Assembly: GCA_014729345.1 (NCBI GenBank)
Contig: WJKB01000056.1
Coordinates: 71-64,070, forward strand
DNA: 64,000 bases
From: Candidatus Woesearchaeota archaeon
Lineage (GTDB): Archaea > Nanobdellota > Nanobdellia > Woesearchaeales > WJKB01
Direction: 5' to 3'
The first letter of the stretch is position 1. Each line of letters begins with the position of its first letter. Below, one piece after another: positions 18,986 through 28,705 of the stretch. The translations under genes were made by a program, and so were the position numbers. Under the pieces are notes generated by a model. That model did no database searches. It saw only the letters and a list, made by a program, of their open reading frames with translations, and was not told the DNA's origin.

Positions 18986-19807
18986 ATGGAGTTCAAGATA
19001 GAGAAAGAAGTCAATCCAAATGTCCATAATTACCCTAAAGAAGAGATTGACATAGCTTATGCATTCTCCAAGAAAGCTTACAAGGAATTTGGGGATTTTG
19101 TCAAGGCGATAGTGCTTTTCGGAAGCTCTGCCAGGCATGAGCGCAAGAAGAGTGGGGACATTGACATCCTTGTGATAATCAACGACCTCAGTGTGAAGCT
19201 CAGCGAGGAGCTTGTGGAAGCTTACAGGATAATCACAGAAAGGATAGTCCTGGACGTGAACAAGAAGATACATGTGACCACCCTAAAGATGACAGCTTTC
19301 TGGGAGTACATAAAGAATGGCGATCCCATAGGCATCAACATGCTCAGGGATGGGGTGGCCATGATAGACACAGGTTTTTTCGATCCTCTCCAGGCCATGC
19401 TCAGGCAGGGACGTATACGGCCCACGCCTGAAAGCATATATGCGTATTTTGACAAGGCTCCTGCGACCCTGCATAATAGCCGGTGGCATCTTCTCCAGGC
19501 TACACTTGACATTTACTGGGCAGTTATCGATGCTGCTCATGCTGCTCTTATGAAGATTGATGTCATACCTCCAACTCCCAGTCATGTCGCTGACCTGCTT
19601 GACGAGAAGCTGGCAAAGAAAGGCATGATCTCAAAGGCAGATGTGGAGACCATGAGAAAGTTCTATTCGCTCTCCAAAGACATTGTCCACAGGGAGATCA
19701 AAAGAGTGTCTGGCGAGGAGTATGACAGTTATCTTGAGGAAGCCGAGGGTTTTGTCGAGACCATGAGAAAGATCATAGAGAAGCCGGACAAGACAGGCAG
19801 ACCATAA
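18986..19807 (+). CDS. Minimal nucleotidyltransferase (MNT)-HEPN fusion protein
   Basis: VLFGSSAR...GDIDILVI Pol-beta motif; helical HEPN-like C-terminus (YWAVIDAAHAALMK..PPTPSHV). Confidence 0.85.
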   Translation: MEFKIEKEVNPNVHNYPKEEIDIAYAFSKKAYKEFGDFVKAIVLFGSSARHERKKSGDIDILVIINDLSVKLSEELVEAYRIITERIVLDVNKKIHVTTLKMTAFWEYIKNGDPIGINMLRDGVAMIDTGFFDPLQAMLRQGRIRPTPESIYAYFDKAPATLHNSRWHLLQATLDIYWAVIDAAHAALMKIDVIPPTPSHVADLLDEKLAKKGMISKADVETMRKFYSLSKDIVHREIKRVSGEEYDSYLEEAEGFVETMRKIIEKPDKTGRP

Positions 19808-20169
19808 GCTTTGAGACTGAAAAGAATTTTTTTCTGGCAAAGACTGACAAGAACAGGAAAGGTAGAATCGACAGCAGATACGTTCTCTCAGCTATTATGA
19901 ACAGTCTTAAAGTGTTCTGCATGACCTCTTCATGCTCAGGCAGGACAGGATTTGTATCTGTTTCTCCATCCGGCAAGAAGAACAGACCAGATGATCAGCA
20001 GCACTGACAGTGTAAACACTATCTTTGCCTGAAAAGGCAGATCCTTGTTCCTGAAGAGTATATGGGTAAGCTTGTCAGCATGCCAACAGGAATATAGACA
20101 TGAGTAACAGGAAGATAAGAGCCTTCAGACAGGTATTAGAAAAAAAAGATACTGAAAAGAAAAAAAGTA

Positions 20170-22302
20170 TCAATAAGTAGTCGTTTTCTTATGCTTTTTC
20201 TTGGGCTTCCTAAGCAGAAGTGCAATCGCCACCACGATAAGTATGACCACGAACAGGTTTCCCAGCATGAGCAGTATCATGTACAGCGGGTGGCTTCTTA
20301 GGTCTGCCCTTGTGGTGTCTGTGACCGTGACTTCAGGAGCCACTCCTGAGGATGTAGCCGGGCTTGTGCCTGAAGTGGAATGCTCAACCTCAACATCTGT
20401 GGATGAGCTGCCTGACGTCCCAGAGCTTCCAGTGCCTGAGCTTCCGGAATCTCCTGATGTGTCTTCTCCTGACGAGCCGTCATCTGCGCTGCTGTCCCCC
20501 TCGACCGTCAACCTGACTATCTTCGAGTCTGCCAGCTCGTCCTCGTCATGGTAGACCTTTATGATTATGTCGTATGTTCCTGCCTTGTCTCCGTCTATGC
20601 TTACAAACCTGTCATATTCTGCCTCATCGTCAAAAGGCTCTGACTCAAGCTCTATGCCCTGGTTCCTTATGTCCAGCCCAAGGTCTGAGTTCTTGATCTC
20701 AAGGACAACCTCATCCTCATCCTCTTTACCTATGTTCAGGATAGTGACATGCAGTGTCGTTGAGTCTCCCTCATCGATGGTTGAGTCTCCGAGGCTTGCC
20801 TTTGTGATGATTATGTCATGGCTTTCCTTCTCTACCTCAAGGTAGACGGTCCATTCCACCTCATGATCCTTGCCGTTCTCATCTTCTCCTCTTACCTTTA
20901 TCTCAACCTCATAGGTGCCTTCTTTTATCTCATTATCAAGCTCAAACTCGATGGTGACATCCTCTTCTTTTGAGTCCTCTTTGATGTCAAACTCGTCTGA
21001 CTCCTCTTCAAGATCGTCAGCATCATCGCCGTCGATGCCGAAGATGGTGATCTCTACAATGACATCCTCTATCTCGATGTCTTCATCATCAGTATAGGTG
21101 TTCTCTATGTCCAGCTCAAACTTCACCTTGTCTCCAGGTCCTGCTTCCTTGTCTATGGTCTGGCTGTCCTCAACATCCTTGTCACTGCTTCCGCCCACAG
21201 TGACATCCAGCCTGTCAAGGTTAAGCTTTCCCCTGACATCAAGTTTCAGCGGCAGGATGTTGGATATTGTGGTAAGGTCATGCCTTGTGCCGTTCACGAA
21301 AAGACTGCCGATGATCTGCTTTCCTGAAGCCTCGTCAGCAGGGATGTCAGCTGATACCATCACGTCTGCGCTCTCTCCTGCTGCCAGTGTCCCAAGATTG
21401 CTCTGGTTCAGTGTCAGCGAGTACTGCGAGCCTGCTGTATGTGTCATTTGCACATTGTTTATGGGTACGTTTCCGTTGTTCTGGACTGTGATTACCTTGC
21501 TCACTGAACTATTCTGGCTCTGAGCTGGAAAGTCCACGCTTGAAGGTGTATTAAGGTCATAGTTGGGCTCGTTGACAGTCATCTGCATGGTGCAGCTCCT
21601 TGTCTCTGTGCCTGTTCCGTTGTCATAAGTAGCGTTGACAACTGAGGAGTATGTTCCTGTGCTGGTGTTTCCAGCAAGGCCCACTACCTGGAAAGATATA
21701 GTTTCTGTGTCTCCGTATCCTATAGGTGTGGATGAGGGTAATGGGTTTACATTGTAGGACTCTGAGCCGCTCTGAAGGTCGCTTGCTGCAAAATTGACTG
21801 CTCCGATATCTGTATTTCCGATATTTTCAGCATCCACCTCTATGTTTACAGCTCCTGTCACGCCTCTTATATAGGTTGCAGAGCCGCATGACATGGATAC
21901 TTCAGGAGATGTTGCAGTAGGATCGACTGTCACGCTTACATGGACAGTGTCTGAAGCGCTCCCGCCTGTTGCCTTTAGGTCGCCGTCATATGTACCTGCC
22001 TTCTGGTCAGGAGGTATGGTTATGCTCAGCGAAAGCAGCTGGTCATCTCCGGTGTTAAGGTCAAACCCTGTGATTGAGGTAATGCTGAAGGTTTCACTTC
22101 CAAGAGTCAACGTATAGTCGCTGAAAGAAGCGGTATAGTTTGTCGTACCTGTGTTCTGCACAAGTATCATGGATGAGAGCGTGCTTCCAGGACTCCCTGT
22201 CATGGATACGGATCCGTTGAATATGTTTATGCTGTCAGCAGCACTGACTCCTGCAGCTAATGCGAACAAGATGATCATTGGTATGATAAGTTTTTTCAGC
22301 AT
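20170..22302 (-). CDS. Putative S-layer / cell-surface glycoprotein with tandem Ig-like domains
   Basis: GGAGGT RBS before ATG 22302; Sec signal peptide; repeated VxNxG Ig/CARDB-like motifs; many NxS/T sequons; acidic domains; Ser/Gly linker; C-terminal TM plus basic tail. Confidence 0.8.
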   Translation of the reverse strand: MLKKLIIPMIILFALAAGVSAADSINIFNGSVSMTGSPGSTLSSMILVQNTGTTNYTASFSDYTLTLGSETFSITSITGFDLNTGDDQLLSLSITIPPDQKAGTYDGDLKATGGSASDTVHVSVTVDPTATSPEVSMSCGSATYIRGVTGAVNIEVDAENIGNTDIGAVNFAASDLQSGSESYNVNPLPSSTPIGYGDTETISFQVVGLAGNTSTGTYSSVVNATYDNGTGTETRSCTMQMTVNEPNYDLNTPSSVDFPAQSQNSSVSKVITVQNNGNVPINNVQMTHTAGSQYSLTLNQSNLGTLAAGESADVMVSADIPADEASGKQIIGSLFVNGTRHDLTTISNILPLKLDVRGKLNLDRLDVTVGGSSDKDVEDSQTIDKEAGPGDKVKFELDIENTYTDDEDIEIEDVIVEITIFGIDGDDADDLEEESDEFDIKEDSKEEDVTIEFELDNEIKEGTYEVEIKVRGEDENGKDHEVEWTVYLEVEKESHDIIITKASLGDSTIDEGDSTTLHVTILNIGKEDEDEVVLEIKNSDLGLDIRNQGIELESEPFDDEAEYDRFVSIDGDKAGTYDIIIKVYHDEDELADSKIVRLTVEGDSSADDGSSGEDTSGDSGSSGTGSSGTSGSSSTDVEVEHSTSGTSPATSSGVAPEVTVTDTTRADLRSHPLYMILLMLGNLFVVILIVVAIALLLRKPKKKHKKTTTY

Positions 22303-22454
22303 TTTTGTTACCTCCTGTAAAATAGGCTCAGTCCCCCTTAACATCAGCTTCTAAGTAATCGTTATTCAAAAGTAGTATCAAAGGTATTTAAATATTTATA
22401 TACTGTAATATATATGTTGGATTATTGTCTGTATCCAGGAGAAATCCAAGCGGA

Positions 22455-23009
22455 TCAGGTCTCATCCAGACACTTCAAGGCCTTTTTGTACATGGGCTCA
22501 GCGATCTGTTTTGCTTCCGACATAGCCATCCTGTCATACATATAGTCAAACTTGTCTTTTATCTTCTGCTTTCCAAGCTTAGGGACCAAACCGAGGAAAG
22601 TCTGCACATTGCATTCAAAAAAGCTTATGCTGTCTGCATCCATCACAGCGTCTGCATCAGGATCTCCTCCCTCCTCATGATGCAGGACAAGCCCGTACAC
22701 TTTTTCGGTCTTGCCAGGATCATAATCCTGTTTCTGGAGAAATTCTCTTATCGTTTCTGCTCCTCTACGCTGGTGAGGGACAAGGTGCCCTGGATCATCA
22801 AATGCCATTGTCCTGAATCTTTCAACAGAAGCTTCCTTCCTTAAACCCCTCTCAAGGTCATGCGCATAAGCAGCTATCTGTGTAGGCTCATCAGCATCAG
22901 GCCTGATCTGCATGAGCCAGTAAAGCGCCCTCTTGAAATGAGGTATGTTGGATTCTTTTCCTGCATCACCAAAAACCTGATCCACGTACTGTATGACTTT
23001 TTCGAGCAT
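22455..23009 (-). CDS. HD-superfamily protein (DUF4202-like)
   Basis: PHFKRALYW, AAYAHDLER, HQRRGA, LHHEEGG, MDADSISFFE; likely start ATG 23009. Confidence 0.75.
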   Translation of the reverse strand: MLEKVIQYVDQVFGDAGKESNIPHFKRALYWLMQIRPDADEPTQIAAYAHDLERGLRKEASVERFRTMAFDDPGHLVPHQRRGAETIREFLQKQDYDPGKTEKVYGLVLHHEEGGDPDADAVMDADSISFFECNVQTFLGLVPKLGKQKIKDKFDYMYDRMAMSEAKQIAEPMYKKALKCLDET

Positions 23010-23041
23010 CCCCTTAGGAAACAGGCAGTGATTTAAATATC

Positions 23042-24307
23042 TTATCCCCATTTATGCAAGGCCTTCAGAAGTTCAAGGTGCGTCCTTGCATATTCTGGAA
23101 GAGGTATGCCTTTCAGCTCTGCGTCGACCGCCTGCCTTATAGCCATGGCCCCTTTTCTTGTGCCGTCTGGATGGCCGTGGCAGCCTCCCCCGAACTGTGC
23201 GATTATGTTTGTCCCAAGTATGTCGATAAGTTCTGGCACAAGACCTGGATGAAGGCCGCCTGAAGCCACTGCAAAGACAGGCTTTACCCCTTGCCATCTT
23301 TGCTCCAGGACATGCTGGGACTTGTTTGGATGTATGAGGTCATCCTCTATCTCATCCTCTATAGCCTCTATCTCAGCAGGGCTGCCTTCCATCTTTCCTA
23401 CAGCAGTGCCTATATGGAGCTGGTCCACTCCTATCAGCCTGGCAATCTTCGCTATGGTGAGCATGCTGATACCATGTTTGGGATTCTTGGTGATGGCTCC
23501 GTGCATCGCCCTGTGGGCGTGTATTACCATGCCGAGATCCATCTCTCTCATGGTCTGCAGCGCAGCCCAGCCAACAGTGAGTATATCTATCATCATATAT
23601 TCGCCGCCAAGAGACTTCACATATTCTGCCCGTCTGATCATCTCGTTTGTCTCAGCAGTCACGTTTGGCATGTAGATCTTCTTCTCACCAGTCCATTTCT
23701 CAGCCTTATCCCTGAGCTCAAGGGTCTTATCCACCCGTTTCTCGAACTGGTTGAACCTCTGGGAAGTCAGGTTCTCATCATCCTTGACTATATCAAGGCC
23801 TCCCATCCATGCTTCATATGCGACCTGGGCATGCTGTTCAGGATCAAGGCCTACTTTTGGCTTCACTATCGTACCCAAGAGAGGGCTTTTTCTCTTCTTG
23901 ACAAGTTTTCGTATGCCGTTGACGCCGAACCCAGGGCCTTTGAAGGATCTGATCATGGCTTTTGGGAAGCTTATGTCTTCTAATCTCAGATTTTTCAGTA
24001 TCTTCATCCCGAATATGTTGCCTGCGATGCTGGAAAGTATATCAGGCATGTTGCCAAACTCAAAAAGTTCAGAGGGGTACGCGATCTTTATGATCCCTGA
24101 TTTCTTGTCCATGTAGAAAACATGAGGCTTGAGCCTTTTTGCTATCTTCTCGTTCATGGTGGATATGGCGGTCCACGTGCCTATGGATGACTCGCCTGCT
24201 ATCTGTTCGCATGCTTTCTCAAAGCTGACGCCGTCAGGCTCTGCATAGTACTGCGTGACTACATCATCCTTTCCTGGTCTGTATCTAAGATCTATGTACT
24301 CAAGCAA
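23042..24307 (-). CDS. rbcL: Ribulose-1,5-bisphosphate carboxylase large subunit, archaeal form III
   Basis: AGESSIGTW, GTIVKPKVGL, GGLDIVKDDENL, HAHRAMHG, LHIGTAVGKM, ASGGLH, QFGGGCHGHP; catalytic set intact. Confidence 0.96.
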   Translation of the reverse strand: MLEYIDLRYRPGKDDVVTQYYAEPDGVSFEKACEQIAGESSIGTWTAISTMNEKIAKRLKPHVFYMDKKSGIIKIAYPSELFEFGNMPDILSSIAGNIFGMKILKNLRLEDISFPKAMIRSFKGPGFGVNGIRKLVKKRKSPLLGTIVKPKVGLDPEQHAQVAYEAWMGGLDIVKDDENLTSQRFNQFEKRVDKTLELRDKAEKWTGEKKIYMPNVTAETNEMIRRAEYVKSLGGEYMMIDILTVGWAALQTMREMDLGMVIHAHRAMHGAITKNPKHGISMLTIAKIARLIGVDQLHIGTAVGKMEGSPAEIEAIEDEIEDDLIHPNKSQHVLEQRWQGVKPVFAVASGGLHPGLVPELIDILGTNIIAQFGGGCHGHPDGTRKGAMAIRQAVDAELKGIPLPEYARTHLELLKALHKWG

Positions 24308-24366
24308 CAGGATTCACCTCTTGTGTTTTTGCTCGCTGGTCCCTTACTGCCTTGCATAGCGCAGGA

Positions 24367-24891
24367 TCACTTGTTGACATCAAAGATCTCTGTGAGGTTT
24401 GTCATCTCTTTTTCTTTTTGCGTAAGCTCCGGCTTCTGATCCTCATCACCCGACTTTTGCTCGCCTGTGCCTGGCTCTGGGTTAGGCGTAGGCTCTGGAT
24501 CCGGACCTGGCTCTGGCTGGGGCTCAGGCTCTGGAGTAGGCTCCGGAGGCTCGGGGTTGGGCTGGGGTTCTGGAACGCTTTCAACAGTGGCTGTTTCCTG
24601 CTTTTCTGGCAGCTTCTCTGAGGGTCCAGGGCTTTTCTCCCCTTTATCTTCAGACTCTGCAATGCCTATCTGGCCTGTTTGGGCAGCAGCTTCACCGATC
24701 TCTGTCCCCTGCTCAACAGCCTTATCCTCATCCTCAGAGTTTTTAGAACTTATCTCTTCCCCTGCATGCTTTCCCAGCATTATCTGCTTGGCTCTCTCGA
24801 TGCCTTCTTCCATGTTAGCCACAAGCCCGTTGTTCTTGAGGTTCTCAGCGAGCTGGTTTACCTTTTCTACCTGTTCTGGACTTATCTGCAT
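24367..24891 (-). CDS. Acidic, Pro/Glu-rich hypothetical protein
   Basis: GAGGTGG RBS before ATG 24891; EP-dipeptide-rich disordered tract. Confidence 0.65.
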   Translation of the reverse strand: MQISPEQVEKVNQLAENLKNNGLVANMEEGIERAKQIMLGKHAGEEISSKNSEDEDKAVEQGTEIGEAAAQTGQIGIAESEDKGEKSPGPSEKLPEKQETATVESVPEPQPNPEPPEPTPEPEPQPEPGPDPEPTPNPEPGTGEQKSGDEDQKPELTQKEKEMTNLTEIFDVNK

Positions 24892-24949
24892 CTTAACATC
24901 CACCTCAGATTGTTTCTTAAGCTTTGTCTTCCTCAAGCTTTGCTGTCAT

Positions 24950-25423
24950 TCAGTCTTTTGTTGTCGTAAAATCATCTTTTCCTGTATGGAAAAGCCTTTT
25001 TCCAGTGTCATTCCAGTCCTTGTGCAGGACATTTCCTACAAATATGATATGGTCGCCTGTCTCTATCTCCTTGACCACCTCGCACTCAAGGAAAGCGAGC
25101 GCTTCACTTATCCTTGGACAATCCACTTTTTCTCCCTCAACCCTGTGAAAACCTGTCTCTTTGAACTTGTCCACGTGCTCTCCTGGGTTCCTGCCGCAGA
25201 AAAGCACCTCTTTCTCTGTATGTATGGGCATGAAATTGACCACAAATACCTTAGCCTGCTCTATCAGCTTCCTGCTGTACCTTGTCTTTCCTACTGAGAT
25301 CGCGTACATCAGGGGCTTGAAAGACGTGGGCATGTGCCAGTCAAGGGTGATTATGTCATCCTTGCTGTCAGAACTGCTCGTGACAAGTACTGTCTGCCTT
25401 GGATTTGCGATATCTGATACCAT
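24950..25423 (-). CDS. Flavin reductase-like (DIM6/NTAB) protein
   Basis: NPRQTVLVTS, WHMPTSFKP, FVVNFM, DKFKETG, LECEV, GDHIIFVGNV. Confidence 0.9.
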   Translation of the reverse strand: MVSDIANPRQTVLVTSSSDSKDDIITLDWHMPTSFKPLMYAISVGKTRYSRKLIEQAKVFVVNFMPIHTEKEVLFCGRNPGEHVDKFKETGFHRVEGEKVDCPRISEALAFLECEVVKEIETGDHIIFVGNVLHKDWNDTGKRLFHTGKDDFTTTKD

Positions 25424-25457
25424 GATTATCCTCTCCTAAACCTAAGACACGAAATAC

Positions 25458-26252
25458 CTACCTGCTCTCACGCTTGTGGTAGGATATCTCTCGCTGGCCT
25501 ACGATTGCTGTGCCGATTATAAGATAGATGACATAAAGGGCTATAGGTACTATGATAAGGTCTATACCCATCCCTATAGGGACTGTTATCAGCCATTTTC
25601 CTATTCCCAAAGGCTTTGCCAGGACCTCCACAAGCATCATGATCGTCGAGGCATAGACCGCCACTATCAGAAGCCTCTTGAAAGTTATCTCATTTTTTGC
25701 TATCCTTGCAATAACGAAAGCTATAAGCGCTGTTATGATGATGATAGCTGCAAACTTGACGAAAAATATCAGGTACATGAGTATCATCAGTGAGGGTATC
25801 ATAAATATGAATATCACTGTGATCAGGTCGACGACATTGCCCTTGTATTCGGTTGCGTCTATCTCGCTGCTTGTCTTTATCTCCTGCACGCTTACAAGGG
25901 GCTTGTACTGTATTTTTCCGCTTGTTACCAGCACAGATTCCTCGTCAAGCTCTGTGTGTTCACCTGAAGTATCTACGATGATGAAAGGATCCTCCTTGGG
26001 TATCATCAAAGCTTCGGGTATATCATGCTCTACAGTGAACTTCAGGAGCTCTATCTTTGAGAATTCCTCATCCAGAAGTCCTGGCAGCCCTGCAACAGCA
26101 GGTATGTACATCAGGCACATAACAGCGAAGAAAAGCAGCAGCGCAAGAGGAAAATACCTGAGGGCATGCGTAAACCTGTTCTCTGAGAGCTCCTTATAAG
26201 AATCAGGATAAAGTGATCTTATGATAGTCATGAAAAAGTCTTTCCAGCCCAT
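25458..26252 (-). CDS. Membrane protein (DUF1189-like)
   Basis: SLYPDSYKEL, ALRYF, one TM, a soluble loop, then a TM cluster with VAVYAST. Confidence 0.6.
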   Translation of the reverse strand: MGWKDFFMTIIRSLYPDSYKELSENRFTHALRYFPLALLLFFAVMCLMYIPAVAGLPGLLDEEFSKIELLKFTVEHDIPEALMIPKEDPFIIVDTSGEHTELDEESVLVTSGKIQYKPLVSVQEIKTSSEIDATEYKGNVVDLITVIFIFMIPSLMILMYLIFFVKFAAIIIITALIAFVIARIAKNEITFKRLLIVAVYASTIMMLVEVLAKPLGIGKWLITVPIGMGIDLIIVPIALYVIYLIIGTAIVGQREISYHKRESR

Positions 26253-26433
26253 TTTTTATCAACCTCTTTGCAAGTGATCGGATCAGCCGATCCCGATCAT
26301 CCCATGATCAGCAATATCCGACTATTATGGTTATGCTGTTGCTTTACTGATATATAAATCTTAAGGTTTTAGGCGGTTTTAAGCGTCTTCTGTTCCAAAA
26401 TAGTGACAGAAAAATTTTTTATAGGATGAAACA

Positions 26434-28020
26434 GTGCAGTCTTTCGGGGAAAAGATGTACAGGGACATAACGTACGATTGGAGCTATCATCATGACCTGG
26501 TGCTTACTGGAAACGGAGGCATCTCTGCAGACCTTATCCCCTCTGTAGCCCGTGTTCTGGTGGATGTTTTCGGTTTTGAGGGCCTTTCAACCATCATCAA
26601 CAATGACATCGACAACATAAAGCCTTTTACTGACCAGGAGCCCAGGCAGAACATAGATAAGAACGATGTGGAGAAGGGCTACGGCGGAAAGCATGTTGTG
26701 ATACTTGAGTATCTAAAGGCCATAGATAACAGGCTCACGCACACTGTCAGGGATCTACAGCAGCTCGCTTCCAAAGCGGTCTTTGAGGACCGCCAGGATG
26801 CTGATAGGCTTGCAAGGATAGTTGACCGTCTTGCATACCATACCATGCCTGATCTTGAACATAATGTGGCGCCCAGGTTTGACAACGGACGTATAAACCC
26901 AAGCACAATGGAAAAACAGCTTGCAGGGCAGATAAGGGCATGCACAGAAAGGTTCGGGGCTGCAAAGCACGTCACTTTTGCCATGCCCATGTCCATATTC
27001 GAATGGTCCCACAACTATCTCAAGAAATGGGATCCTGAAAAGCCCAAGAGGCCCGGAGATCCTGATAAAAAGCCAAGATATGAGATGCCTGCATGGCAGG
27101 ATTTTCTTGAGCATATGTCCCATTGCGGAGCTGATTCAGCAGTTATGCTGCATCCACATGCCCCCACAGAAAGCCTTGAGGTCTCAGCCCTCCAGAACCT
27201 GAATCTTGTCATGGCATATCCGCAGACCTATACTCTCAGCTCAAACGGTTTCGTGTTCTCTATAGATGACCTTTTCAGCGAGTTCACCCTTGATCCCCAA
27301 AACTTCGATCCTGTTGGGGTGAAGATGTCTGCCGAGATAGAGGCTATAGGAGAAGAACAGAAGTACAGGCACCTTCTGATGTATGTCTCATCCGTCGACA
27401 GGGGAAGCAGGGTCAATGCCAAGCTTGTCGGAAAAAGGTTCGGCCTGGGGTATGTGGAGTCACTCAAGGACAGGCAGGGTGAGGGCAGGTCCAGGATCAG
27501 CGAATCCGAAGATCTCGGCAAGTACCTGAAGCAGTTGAAGGAGTACAGGAAAGACGGCACTATAAAGGTGTTCATCTTTGACGACATGATGAACTCAGGA
27601 AGCACTGCAGATGAGGAGGCTAAGCTGAGAAAAGAGCAGGTGAGCAGGTTCAACAAGGACCACAACACCTCTTATGACGTGGAATGTGAACTGGTAGTGA
27701 CCCATTTCAGGTACAGGTGTTTGGAAGAGGTCCAACATGCCCACCTTGACAAGGTGATGCTTTTCAACACAGTCCCCTACCTCCCCCCTCTGCAGCAGCA
27801 GATAATTGATCTTGGACTTCAGGATAAGTTCGAGGTGGTGGAAAAAGCGCATTATCAGCTTGCCATGGGCATAGCCCTGGACTATTTCTTCAGGAGAATC
27901 CATAGGCAGATGGGAAACGCCACTGCTACAGGAAGGTACAGGGAGAACACTGATCATGCCCTGTCCAAGCATACTTCTTTCGGCACAAGACTTGAGAACC
28001 TCAGGTGGAGCAACCGATAG
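26434..28020 (+). CDS. Highly divergent ribose-phosphate pyrophosphokinase (PRPP synthetase)-like phosphoribosyltransferase
   Basis: PRT motif VFIFDDMMNSGST; SSVDRGSRVNAKLVGKRFG..KDR resembles SPDxGGxxRA..KRR; GAAKHVTFAMP and CGADSAVMLHPH resemble the Prs N-domain; start may be ATG 26455. Confidence 0.7.
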   Translation: MQSFGEKMYRDITYDWSYHHDLVLTGNGGISADLIPSVARVLVDVFGFEGLSTIINNDIDNIKPFTDQEPRQNIDKNDVEKGYGGKHVVILEYLKAIDNRLTHTVRDLQQLASKAVFEDRQDADRLARIVDRLAYHTMPDLEHNVAPRFDNGRINPSTMEKQLAGQIRACTERFGAAKHVTFAMPMSIFEWSHNYLKKWDPEKPKRPGDPDKKPRYEMPAWQDFLEHMSHCGADSAVMLHPHAPTESLEVSALQNLNLVMAYPQTYTLSSNGFVFSIDDLFSEFTLDPQNFDPVGVKMSAEIEAIGEEQKYRHLLMYVSSVDRGSRVNAKLVGKRFGLGYVESLKDRQGEGRSRISESEDLGKYLKQLKEYRKDGTIKVFIFDDMMNSGSTADEEAKLRKEQVSRFNKDHNTSYDVECELVVTHFRYRCLEEVQHAHLDKVMLFNTVPYLPPLQQQIIDLGLQDKFEVVEKAHYQLAMGIALDYFFRRIHRQMGNATATGRYRENTDHALSKHTSFGTRLENLRWSNR

Positions 28021-28121
28021 CCGGCATATACAGCGCGAGATACGGCACGAGTGATCATATTGCAGGATATAGCTCCTAAACAACCCTTGAACCCTTTCGC
28101 CATCTGCAGGTCAGCAGGACC

Positions 28122-28643
28122 TTACCTGCAGAAGAGTATCAGGTCTTTTTCTTCCTGGACAGTCTTCTGCACCTCAAAACCCTGCCTTATGCCTGCAGAT
28201 ATCCTGATTAGGTTTACAGACCTCTTAAGCACAGAAAAGGCATATCTGCACCCTTTCTTCCCCACCCTTCTGATCTCTTCCAGCGCCTTATCCATGTCCT
28301 TGAAATTGTGCATGGCTGTGACAGAGATCACCACATCAAATCGGTTGTCAGGAAAAGGAAGCGACTCAGCACTTCCCACCCTGAACATCTCTCCCAGGGG
28401 ATCATCCTTTTTTTCTGAAGATTCCTGGGCGTGCTTCTGTACAGCCATGCCTATCATCTCTTCAGAAGGGTCTATCCCGAAATACCTGCAGTTGAAGAAT
28501 CTTGACGCAAAACCTGTCCCGCATCCTATGTCAAGAAGCCTGTCTTCAGGCTCCACCTCGATATTATCTGAGATAATCCTGAGCTTCTTTTCCTGCTCTT
28601 CCCTGTGCAGCCTGTCATATCCTTTGGCTGTCTGGTCGTACAT
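28122..28643 (-). CDS. Class I SAM-dependent methyltransferase (type 11)
   Basis: LLDIGCGTG, GIDPSEEMI, AESLPFPDNRFDVV. Confidence 0.9.
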   Translation of the reverse strand: MYDQTAKGYDRLHREEQEKKLRIISDNIEVEPEDRLLDIGCGTGFASRFFNCRYFGIDPSEEMIGMAVQKHAQESSEKKDDPLGEMFRVGSAESLPFPDNRFDVVISVTAMHNFKDMDKALEEIRRVGKKGCRYAFSVLKRSVNLIRISAGIRQGFEVQKTVQEEKDLILFCR

Positions 28644-28705
28644 GTTGCATGGATATCTTTAGAGATATATATAGTTATCCAAACACAGAGAGGTTTATGG
28701 AAAAG

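Noticed and set aside
19808..20169. Small gene or pseudogene between MNT-HEPN and the S-layer gene
   Set aside because: Only short hydrophobic frames without a convincing start or family motif
23042..24307. RuBisCO-like protein (form IV) or evidence of a Calvin cycle
   Set aside because: Catalytic residues match true form III; no phosphoribulokinase is seen, so autotrophy is not supported
24467..25297. 276-aa plus-strand Gly/Ser ORF
   Set aside because: Reverse reading of the Pro/Glu tract and the flavin reductase gene
26276..26300. gatcgg-atcag-ccgatc hairpin as ncRNA or terminator
   Set aside because: Only a 6-bp stem in a divergent promoter region, with no U-tract or larger fold
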